Shown here piece by piece: positions 38,363 to 48,881 of a stretch of 64,000 nt of DNA. A program made the position numbers and the translations under genes. The DNA is taken from contig NW_026250421.1 in the NCBI RefSeq assembly GCF_024521635.1, positions 310,001-374,000 on the forward strand, written 5' to 3'. The stretch comes from Tricharina praecox. Lineage: Eukaryota. Below the pieces are notes generated by a model. It was not told where the DNA came from, made no database searches, and saw only the letters and a list, made by a program, of their open reading frames with translations. Position 1 is the first letter of the stretch. Each line of letters begins with the position of its first letter.

Positions 38363-38520
38363 GGCCTTTGAGGAAGATGCAGCGAGTGAGGTGTCCGAGT
38401 GGGAGTTCAGGGAGCGGGAAGAAAGGAAGGCAGGGCTTAGGCGGGAGGAGCAGGAGGAGGAGAAGGGTGTTGAGGTCGAGGAGCCGGGGTCACGCCCGCT
38501 GTTCCTTCCCACACCTTCTC
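38345..38520 (+). mobile_element. Probable fragment of a fungal LINE ORF2 extreme C-terminus
   Basis: Translates RRMPEAFEEDAASEVSEWEFREREERK...GSRPLFLPTPS, an acidic tail that I recall from the ends of Tad1-like elements of Pezizomycetes; unverified. Confidence 0.45.
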
Positions 38521-38545
38521 CGAATACTCTGTGATGGAGTTATTC

Positions 38546-38636
38546 TGGCAGACGCATTGAATGTAGTAACATCATATATTATCACTAAAAAATACAACCC
38601 AAAACTCCATCCTCAACACCACAAGCAAACAATCGA
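38546..38636 (+). repeat. Dispersed repeat module B (second copy)
   Basis: Inverted homolog of 7754-7820. Confidence 0.85.
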
Positions 38637-38706
38637 AGCGCTGTCACAGACACCATTGAACTCCCGCAATCAAACGCCTAAAACACATAACCCTCCTCTG
38701 TTGTCT

Positions 38707-41700
38707 TCAATGAATATGCTCCGAATACTCTGTGATGGAGTTCTTCCGGCTTCCCTCTCCTATGATGAGGCCGACAGAACCGACAGCTTCCCGCAGTTCC
38801 GCCGCATGCTCGTTGCTCCAGCTCTCCACGTACTGAGCATTCACAAGCATTACGGCCCTTCGTATTAGTTCATCGATTGAGAATGGCTTGGATATAATCT
38901 CATCCTGTAGTTCTATTAGCACCGACAGTCGAAGGAAAGGGTACATAGCACCTACCATTCCGGCGTCTTTCATTTCTTGCACTGTAGGAAATGGGAATTA
39001 GATATATATCCGTCTCGTCTCAACAATAGACCCTACCTTTGGGACCCCTGACGTTCGCAGAAACACCCAGTATGGGCAGGTGACGGGATACAACCCCCAC
39101 AGCTTGCATCCGCCTGATCTCTTTGGTCGCGTCTATTCCGTTCATGATAGGCATTTCGCAGTCCTTTAGGATCGCATTAGTGCCATATATCTGCAGGGAA
39201 GGAACGCCTGGAAAGCTACCATGAAGCATATCTCCACCTCATGCGCATCTGACCCGGCGCGCTGCTCCGATAAAGATTTCCGAACGAAATCAACCGCCTC
39301 CTGTCCATTATTGGCAGTAAATCTGTCCGGGATTAGTCAGGTACAAACATTCAGAGCGAAGAGTAACTGACACAACACATCCCCTTGCCTCGAGCTGCCT
39401 CCTCAGCACTTTCTGGTTGATGACATTGTCCTCGACGACGAGGATCTTAAATCCATTGATTGCCGAAGATCGTCTCGAACCCGGAGAGGCCGGAGAGTGC
39501 TCGGAATCCTTAGCGGGTTCCTGAGATGTATTCCGAGAATTGCGTGGGGAGTTCGCCATCCTTCCGGACAATTGAGCAAGCCATTCTGGTTCCATTTCTG
39601 GTTTCGTACCTCGTCTGGTCGCCACATAAAACGAAAATTGAGCGCCGCAGTCCTTGTCCGAAGCCACATCTATCGATCCGCCCAACAACCTAACCAGGTT
39701 CTTGCATATATATAGCCCGAGACCTAGGAGAAAATTCAATACGTGAGAAAAAAGTCTGATAGAACGAAGATGGAAATCACAAAACGCACCTGAGCCACCG
39801 TACTTCGTCTCTGTTTTCGGCGCTTGCTGGAACCGTGAGAAAAGAATTCTTTGGAAGTCATCTTCTATACCGATGCCAGTATCCAGAACGGTAATTATCA
39901 GATACACAATCTCCCCATCACCCCATTGGGGATTGTCAACGATGGAAGTGGCTGCGGAAATGTCTTCTGAATGATTCTTGTCGAACTGGACTTCACCAAC
40001 CGATGTGGGCTCTTCTAGGGACACTCCCACCATGACATCCAGCTTTTTTGTTGCCCGTCCCGACATGAACTTGATGGAGTTGGTGATCAGGTTGCTGAGG
40101 ATTTGCATGATTCGGGCTGGATCTCCCTTGAGCCATTTCACATTCAGATCATTGAAAGACTGGTCAACGATGAAGGACATTTCGATCCCTTTCGATTCGG
40201 CGTCGGCCTGGTACATCCTCACCGATTCCCGCAAATAAAACTCGGGCTGGAAATCGACTGGTTCGACGTTCACCAAGCCAGAATCCAGTTTGCTCGTGAC
40301 CAGGATGTCATCAATGATACGCCTCTGGTGAGCTATACAGAGGATGATGGTATTGCAGGCCTCCGTGATGGTGTCGGCCAGGTCATCGATGGTGCTGATC
40401 CCCTGGTTCTCATGGTCGTCCATGCGATCCAAAATGAGCTCGGCATACTGCAAAATTGCGCTCAGCGGGTTGCGAAGCTCATGGCAAGTCATGTCGATAA
40501 ATCGCTCTGCCACCTCCGGTGTCAATAAATAGCATCCCCAGGTCGAGACAGAAGGTGGGCATCCACCTTGTTGCTTCGTCCTCTCCAATGCTTCATCAGC
40601 TCGCATCTTTTGCGTCGTCTCAGCGAGCTTCAGTAGAGTGATGTCTGTCAAGGTAGAATAAAATCCATTTAAGACCTTACTATTGTCGTCGTATACCGCC
40701 AACACCTCGCTTACGACCCATTTCACCTTGTGCTTATTGAAGACACCGTCTGTCTTTTCCATGACTCTATACTCGATTGGCAAATGGCCACGACTGCTAA
40801 TGGTGGTGTAGTTAGGTGGCCAAGCGTGTATAAGACGTGAGCACCTTTCCCGATCGTCTGGATGAATGGACTCGCACCACGTTGTCTCATAGCCTTGCTT
40901 GGGTACCCCCATTATCTCGTGCCAGCTGCAGGTTCATCATCAGCGTAAGACGTCATTCCGAGGGGGAAAAGGAGTGGTTCATACGCAGCGTTAGCAAGGA
41001 TTGCGGCTCCGTCTCGGTCCATTTCGAGGAGACCTACAGGAATAGACTTAAACAACTGCAAAAGACACTAGGCGTCAATGGTTAAATCCTGAAGAAAAAA
41101 AAAACTACCGAGGCGGAGCTACTTCTGTGAATCTCAATTCATTCCCTCGAAGCCGAGCCTCAACCTCACGGAGCTTGTCAGACAATTCGGATGCTCTCCG
41201 TCTCTCGACGTCTGCAAAATTATGAGAATCACTCAGTACGATATGGAGGGTATGCAAACCAGCCAACTGCTCTTGCATCGCCTGCTCCACCAGTATCTCC
41301 GCATTTCGAACCCCTGCCAGATATTCGGAGATATTGTCCTGGATTTGGTCGATCCAGGTCTCATAATCGTCGTCCATTCGCCTTCTCGGGTTGATGCCTA
41401 GGATAATGAAGGCTTCCGAGTGAAATGACTCGGAATCGCACACGGATGTTATTGGGATAACCACTGCTGTGGAGCACGGGGCTTTGAAGCCGCGGCGTGC
41501 CAGGAGGCGCATACAAGCATACTCCAGGAGATTATTCTTCACCTTCTTTTTCCCATCGAGGAGAGCCTCTCGTATTTCGCTGGCGAACAGCCCCGCGTAT
41601 GCCGGAATGTCGATGACCCGTGGCGCAACAGAGTGACCCGACGGGATGCCCCTCGTTCCCAAATTTCTGGCTTCGTCTCCGACGATCTCGTATAGTGCCA

Positions 41701-42905
41701 CAAAAGGGGTATCGATGGTGTTCGAGTCAAACGCTTCAAGCACCGCCGGCCAAAAGTCGACTGTTCTCCGTGCATTGGCGGTAGACTGTCGAAGTAATCG
41801 GAGCATCTCACGACGCCTGTCTTGCAGAATGCGTGCAGTACCTTCGTACTGTTGCCAGAGGACCCCTCCGACATTGCCTGCCTTTTCCAGAATCGGCGTG
41901 AGCGTCCAGTCAAAGTAACACTCTTCGTCCACGTCGACTCGATCAACAGGGGCGCAATCCCCACTCCGGATGATACTGATGCCTCTTCGGCAGGAATCGA
42001 GATGTTCCCGAATCTTGTCGTAGGCTTCTTTCCAGCCTTTTGCCAGTTCCTGACCGAGTAAGTGTGGATGTCTCCTCCGGACACAGTCTTTGTACGATGC
42101 ATTGTATATAACGACGTATTCTTTGCCCCAGTACAGCGCCATCTGATAGGGGTGGACCATGATAGTATTTATGACTATTACCACATTCAGCAGGTGTCCC
42201 CAATGCAATCTCTCGTCGTGAAAGGTCGCGGCAAGATGACGACCTACCTGTTCTCATTGAACCCGACCAACCGCTCATCTCTCCTACAGCCGTATCTTTC
42301 CAGTTCACCGCTTGAAATTCGGAATAGTGCTCGGGTACCCACGGTGCCGAAGATTTGCGTGTCCAGTCCAGCACTGGATTCGTCGGGGGTATCGAGTCAC
42401 GTTTGATCACTTCGTACTTCGAGGTTTCGGTCTGAACGTATTGAAACAGATAGCTTGAGCTCGGGGCTTCGGAGGGTCTCCAGCCTTCGGCCGGCGTCCA
42501 ATTCAACGTCTCCTCGCATTGGGCAGCCTCACTCGTGATAACGATGTAGTTCCCATCTTGGAGAACATAGTTCCCCCACGTCTTGCCGGACAAATGCAGC
42601 GGCGAGGCGGGTTTGGCGTCCAGCACCTCCCGAAGGAACCCGCTCACGTCCATGCACGCAGCTATCCGATCGAACGCCTGATTCTTGAAGACTATGGATT
42701 CATAGATGTCCGAGTTGTAGCGGTTCGCGATGGCAATCTGCTTATCCACGATCATGAGCGGCCGTTCATCGATAGCAAGGAAGTCCCAGAGGTTGATGGA
42801 TTTCCGAAGATCGCTCGTGACATTCTTCGGTCTGATCTGGGGGGCTACGGCCTCTCGAAGTCGAAACAGGCAGCCTGCTTTCAGATTGGCCACGCCTGTG
42901 ACCAT
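38707..42905 (-). CDS. Hybrid sensor histidine kinase (PAS/GAF-like sensor region, HisKA, HATPase, receiver), ~1204 aa; exons 42905-42248, 42174-41260, 41211-41123, 41055-40985, 40925-40567, 40506-39790, 39723-39372, 39322-39220, 39163-39037, 38981-38956, 38904-38707
   Basis: H-box FIDMTCHELRNPLSAI, N-box QILSNLITNSIKF, G1 DTGIGI, F-box LFSRFQQA, G2 GGSGLGL (spliced), receiver ILVVEDNVINQ...ICFMDCEMPIMNG...IISKPF; PAS-type IHPDDRER. All ten GT-AG introns keep phase. The start codon is uncertain. Confidence 0.92.
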
Positions 42906-43809
42906 TGGAGCAGCAACACCGGAGCCGAGAACGGGACGAGGAGAGACCGCGTGGAGTATTATGGTGGAATATGGTACGTGGATAGGATAGTTAAGATTGT
43001 AGATAATCGTGGCTTTGCTTGGTGAAGATGAAAGTTAAAGATTCGAGTTGAGAAGCGCAGTGATGGACGGAAAGTGCGGGTTGCCAGCCAGGTAGTTAGC
43101 GTTGAATTTACGTCATTGCCACTTATTGCTGTCTCGGCTCCCGTCCCACGGGACACAGTGTGGCAGCTCGCGATCGGACGCTATCGGAGGGCATGTGCAT
43201 TCTACCGAAACATTGTCCCACCACTGCTGCCAGCCAAACTCCGGCCCCCCTCCGAATGGAACCGACTGATCATGATTGTTTGATGAGATAGCCGTACGGA
43301 GTGCCGATCGCCGTAATCATGTTTCTCGATGAATTGAGATCTTTGATGAAGCAATTGGGAGCACATACAGACATACTACCGTCCTCCCTGTCCTCCCTGT
43401 CCTCATTATTCCAATTTTTGTATATTTTTCGCACCGGCAGATACATACATTCGCCGACCAGGGCGCTGCCGTTAAACCGGCCCAAACTACGCCAAAAGTC
43501 AACAGTCCGTCTGGCTGCCGAGGGTACTGCCGCGAGTCACGAAGAGGAGGTTTTCTCACAAGTATGACATGTATCGTACCTACTCTACATGTGCCTTCAC
43601 AAATATTAGTTAGCATGAGGATCACAGCCGTCACTCGCTCATCGGTCTCTTTGAATTGATACTGTTGGTCTGCGGTTCTCCGCTGACCAGCAGCATAGAA
43701 CGAATGATCATCACTGGAACACTGAAGTGTCATATGACATGGTTCGATAAAAATGAAACTCAACCACATTAATACATACACCCCGTAGATAACCCCAACA
43801 TCGGCTACT

Positions 43810-44895
43810 TTATGACATAAACATACAGCAGGCAACTACCGCCAAAGACACAGACCACACGGGCGCTTCCCGAAGTGCTATGGCAGCACTGGGGCCGCCG
43901 CTTGAGCCGGTAGTGCTATTCTGATCGCCAGAGCCCTCGTCCGTCGCCAGCGTTCCATCCCGATTCCTCCTCTCGGTAGACTTCGCCAACCCCAGAGTAT
44001 CGTCCTCGTAATCGACCATCAAGTACACGTCAAGCAACCAATCGGGTCCGATGATCGGCAACCCCGGCTCCAAGCCGAACGGCGGTTTGGTGGCGAGGTC
44101 CGTGTAGATACTTGGTCTGGTGGAGAAGACATCGATGGTTGAAATTCCGGTAGACTCAAGAGCGGTTTGATCTTCGTTCAAGACTCGACGTTCGAGCCGG
44201 ATATCCTCCTCCTTGACGGTGAAAACGAAGTCGTTGTCCAACGTTACCGTGATGGTGTAGTTGGTGCGCGGGTTCTTGGAGTCCTGCAGTTCAAGGGAGC
44301 CTTCGATTATGTCCCACCCAGTGCCGATGGCGGAGAGAAAGTTTGCGTAGACAGACTCGGGGAGGTGGGTCCCACGGGCAGTATAGGACTTTGTCAACCG
44401 CGCATCGAAGCTACCGGTACCAGGCTTCAGTAAGGATTTCCCGCCCAGGGAGATGTCCTTCACCCTGACCATCAGCGCAGACGAGTCCTTCGGTAGGTCG
44501 TACTTGTAGACGGAACCCGAATAACGGCTCTCGACTACACCGCCGAAATCATACGTGAAGTTGTGATTCGCCCACAACTTCTTCTCGATAACGTTTTCCT
44601 CCACCACGGCCTCGAGGAAAGTCGAGTCTCGACCGATACCGATGAAGCCCTGTGGCACCGTGACTCGGCTCGGGTCCCCTGCGACAGTAACGAACGGATA
44701 ATCATCCAGCGAGAAGTCCGCGACGGTGAGCGTATCGCTGCCGCGCGCCAACGATGTCGCATTCCAGGGCCCACCCGTATCGTCCGCGCCGAGGTTCGCA
44801 GCTGTAAAGTCTGCAGTGAGGTTCAGAGCGCCCAGCGGCTGTGGCTTCCATGTGCTGCTCTCATTAGACGCGAGCAATCCTCCAGCCTCGGCTAA
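43810..44895 (-). pseudogene. Pepsin-like (A1, yapsin-type) aspartic protease-like ORF with GPI-type C-terminus; N-terminus missing or disrupted and catalytic motif degenerate
   Basis: Motifs GGLLASNESSTW, GSDTLTV, GFIGIG, FGGVVESRYSG, THLPESVYANF, PIIGPDWLLDVYLMVDYEDDTLGLA; Ser/Gly-rich linker and hydrophobic tail. No D(T/S)G (FDARLTKSYT at the expected place). In-frame TAA and TGA lie just upstream, and I found no signal-peptide exon. Confidence 0.6.
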
Positions 44896-45610
44896 TTAAG
44901 GACTCGGAGAACGGCCTCTCCCGAGTCTCGGGTCTCGACGTCAGTTCCTATTCGCGATTGGACAAGATATATTCCTGGCTCTCTGTTCGTTGAGGCGCAG
45001 CCAACGGTCGTGATCATCGTTGCACACAATCCACTTTAAAGTTTTATCTACCTACATGAGTTCGAACTTCGCATCCATCTTCGAGCACATGTTACGTGGG
45101 TGGCCTGAAGCGAGGCGCGCGATGTAGATACGTAAGGTGCATATGAAGGGCCATTCAGGGAGGCGGTTATTGGCTCTACTCCGGGCACTAGACGTTAGGC
45201 CCGGGAGCGTAGGTCGTACGGAGAATTTTCGATGTCGACTCATGATAGGTGCACAGCTTCAACCCGAGTGGTACGTGCCGTAGAAGAAAACTACACGACT
45301 CGGTGAAATGCACCCGGCTTGGCATCGGAACAGCATTGGTGGGGCGAAGGCTCCGTCAGCTTGTAACCTATAGCGTCGGGGTGCATACACTGGGGTTTAG
45401 GTCTGTGTGAGTATGTATGGTTGTGGGGGTACCTATGCAGCTCCCAGCAAAATTCGGATCAGTTTGGACCAGTGGTAGGAAATAAGTATGTAGTTAAGTT
45501 GCGGCAGAACAAAATATCCATAATCCTCTGCCTGGAACCTGATTATAACCCTGCAAGTCATAGTGGTCGATCCGGAATTTTGAACAATATCCCGCGCGAG
45601 TCGCTAAGTA

Positions 45611-45749
45611 CTGTATATTGAAGGGGGGGTAAAAAATACGCTTTTTGCGTATCAGTACGGTCAAAATACCTATTTTGACCGTACTAATACGATCTTTGAC
45701 CGTACCGATACGGAAACAGCGTATTTATACCCTCCCCTTCACTATACAG
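45611..45749. mobile_element. Tc1/mariner-type MITE, 139 bp, almost entirely inverted repeat
   Basis: ~55-bp imperfect TIRs CTGTATATTGAAGGGGGGGTAAAAAATACGCT...AGCGTATTTATACCCTCCCCTTCACTATACAG; TA on both flanks; three internal GTACGGTCAAA motifs. Confidence 0.85.
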
Positions 45750-46863
45750 TACGTAGTACCGTAAGGCTGTCAAATATTTAGATATTGCATCCGTTGACCT
45801 CCCTCCCTCCATCCCTCCTGGCCATCGAAGGTACATACCAAGTATGCGTATTCCTACTGCAGTGGATAACCCACTATGAACGAAACAACAAAAGCCAAAA
45901 ACAAAAACCAGAGGGAAGGTGGAACTACTCCACATCGTCCACTGCGAAGGGGATGGGTATTATTTACTCTACTCTACCATCCGGTGGCCAGCCGCGACTC
46001 GCGGGGGATCGAGCGATCCTTGAGCTGTCATCTTCACACTCTCGACAGGGCAACTAACCGTCCCGTTTCTCAGCATGGCAAGCCATAGAAAGCTGTCCAG
46101 ACCAAAAGTGCTAGGATTGTGAGCAGTGTTCGTTGTGCACGACACCCCGTGCTGAAACCATGGGGGTTGGGTTCAATCCGTACGAGTATGTACTACATAA
46201 CAACACCAACATGCGGAGGGAGATGTGTAGAGTAGGTATTTTGTTTTCTGGCCAAGCACGGGAGGTAAGTACGGACTTACATGTACTTACCTGTGTACTT
46301 ACGTTGAGTAAGTAAGTAAGAAAGCAAGAAGTAGGTCCCCTACCTAGCACTCTTTCCCAACAACTTCCGTGAAAATTGAACCACATCTTTCCGCTGTCGA
46401 CTGAACTGTGCGAAGCTGTTCTTTCACACGCTAACCAATCCAAAGAAAATGACTGGGCAGTTTTTCGGTAGGGAGGGTGGTAGGTGGTCCGCTCGGATTA
46501 CTGAAGCCTAAGATGGAATTCCATTCGCCGCACTAGATCCTCCCGCATTCAAGGATACCCACAACTTCTCGTTCTTGGGGCTAATGTGAACACTGACCAC
46601 AGTTTAAAAGGTGGAAGCATCCCACCAACTAACACCGGTCGTCAGCCAGCTCTCCGAAGCATAAACCAAAACTTGGAGAGGCCCAACACCAACACTTCGC
46701 TAGAGAACCTACCAGACTTATCATACCGGACCGTTCGAGGGCTGCTCGCTGTCATGAACATTCAGCCCACAAACGATAAGTTAGTACCCTCCTCACCCGC
46801 GGGGGCTAAGTTAGGTGAACGTTGCAATTGAAGCTGATATTCTTCAGCACTTTTTCGGATCCG

Positions 46864-47121
46864 ATGGCACCTCAGCCAAAATCCTCCTCCAGTCCCGTCA
46901 ACACCTCTTCGAATGCAACAACCCAGAACAACGCTCCTGTAATCCTATCGACTACAACATCAACACAGACGTCCACGACGACACAGACCGGAAGTCCCTC
47001 CATGGCCGATCCCCTTATGATCTACGAGCCTCCGTGGTCATCAGTGGAGGTCAGAAGATCCACCTACCGTGTCGACTTGACGAATCTGGTCACAACGGCT
47101 GGGAGTATCCTTGAGCAATGA
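46864..47121 (+). CDS. Possible small Ser/Thr-rich hypothetical protein, 85 aa
   Basis: ATG in CCGATGG context; MAPQPKSSSSP...YEPPWSSVEVRRSTYRVDLTNLVTTAGSILEQ*; no recognised domain. Confidence 0.3.
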   Translation: MAPQPKSSSSPVNTSSNATTQNNAPVILSTTTSTQTSTTTQTGSPSMADPLMIYEPPWSSVEVRRSTYRVDLTNLVTTAGSILEQ

Positions 47122-48629
47122 TCCCGCCCCCGCCCCGCCTCGCCTTTCCCCAGATTCACATGACAGTATAGTACCGCATAATACGGACCGTGTGTTGAGC
47201 CCAACTCGTCCGAATATGCATTTGTTAGCTTCGCAGATGCAGACTTTGGCCAACCAAATGCTGATACGAGGCTGAAGACGTTGTTGTGTACGAATGGACC
47301 GGGGTTTTGTTCGGTGGATTTCGGTTTGGGCTTTCTGTAGAGGGCCTACTACTAGTAGAGGTACCGATGGATGGCATGATGCTGTGTGTCTTTCTTCTGT
47401 ACATGGTTGCTTCCTTCTTCTTCTCTTGCGTGCCGTCGTGTTTCTGTTCGTATTCCGATTTTCCTCTCGTTCTGTGTGCCTCGTCAGTGTGTGGGTTTGG
47501 AATGGATCTGGGTGCATAAAATACAATACTCTTTCTTCGTTCTGTCTGTCGGAGTTTCTGGCACTGCTGCAGTTACCGGTTTGCTGCAGGGCGATCCGGC
47601 TGAAGCTAAAGCTTTTATCTGTCTGTGTTACTCTGTTTGTCCGTTGCCCCTCAGAATTTTCTGCATCCATTCTACCTGCTCCACGTCCACAACGCGCTAG
47701 ACTCCTCTCCATACCGTCCGCAGAACCCCTAGAAGTCACTCCCCCCTCGTGACCCTTTCCCTCTGATCGCCGCTTTCCGATGAGCACTGGGCATGGGCTG
47801 ACGGGCGGCCTGATGTCGTCTCTATGATAGTGTGTACGGTTGGCATTACTTCTTCTTCTGCTTCTTCTTCCTTCCTCCGTTAAAGTTCTCGCCGGCCAAG
47901 CATCCGACGGCGAGCGATCTGGCCGCACGACGCAACACTCCCCGATGATGGCAAACGACGATGGATGCCACTAATTTCGAGTGGCGGGCGAAACGAGGCT
48001 GGCTCGAAAAGCCACCTCTCCCAGCCGACGGGGAGAGGGCACGGCTCACGTCTCCCTTTCCTCCGTCGCCCTCCCCGAGACCATACCAACACCCGTGAAC
48101 GACGTGCATAGCCAGCGCTTCCAAGAATCGTGAATCCGGTGAAAACGTATCTCACTGAATTCTGAACGCAGGTGTACAGAACCGGGAATGTCGATCATTA
48201 CCAGCCATCGTTGTCGTATATACCATACGTTCCCAAGGGCCAAACAAACAACATTTGTTCGAAATAACCGTCGACTCTTTCTGTATAAAAGAGTACTAGA
48301 AGCAAGAAAACATTAGATATTAGTCGTCAATCATATCGATGAATAGAAATATCTCGTCACCCAAGTACACGACTTCCGTTGCTATCTGCTGTGTTGACCA
48401 AACTCCACTCTCCATCAGATGAACACTTCGGAGCGGGGGCCCGCCAGCAATAACTGCTTGATGAAAATTTTTGAGCGACTGATATTTAGACCGAGCGCGC
48501 GGTCATCATGCATTTCTGGACCCCTGCAGGGCAGCGTCCTTAACAGTACCACTCTATAGTTCATCGTCAGTGCTTATTCTACATGCGAGATTGTCTTCGC
48601 TCTTCGAAGCCAGCTCATTAACACCCACC

Positions 48630-48881
48630 ATGGCTCGTAAGTATTCGTGAATATCCCACATTAGTACTGCTAACCGATAGCCACGCCCAGGCCTTGAGAA
48701 AGTCTGCAGCTTTGAAGGTTGCCCCGCTTGAAGCTTCAGTCGGGAGAGGATTCGGTCAGTAAGGGTAATGGGCGCAAGATATCCTCAGCCTCTCGACTCC
48801 ATTCACTGTGCTTGTGGATTGTACTTTGTGGCCGGTGCGAGTTGTGCGCTTTATCGAGGTGTCCGGCTGCGGCATCCTTGA
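48630..48881 (+). pseudogene. Decayed spliced gene with zinc-finger-like Cys pairs
   Basis: CACCATGGCTC followed by intron GTAAGT...GCTAAC...CAG (48637-48690); the product reads MARLEKVCSFEGCPA*SFSR...HCACGLYF; TGA at 48729-48731 is one C>T change from CGA. Confidence 0.35.

Noticed and set aside
46160..46185. GGGTTCAATCC B-box-like motif
   Set aside because: No A-box or cloverleaf around it.
47041..47928. 295-aa minus-strand ORF
   Set aside because: GTG start, purine-biased composition and no recognisable domain.
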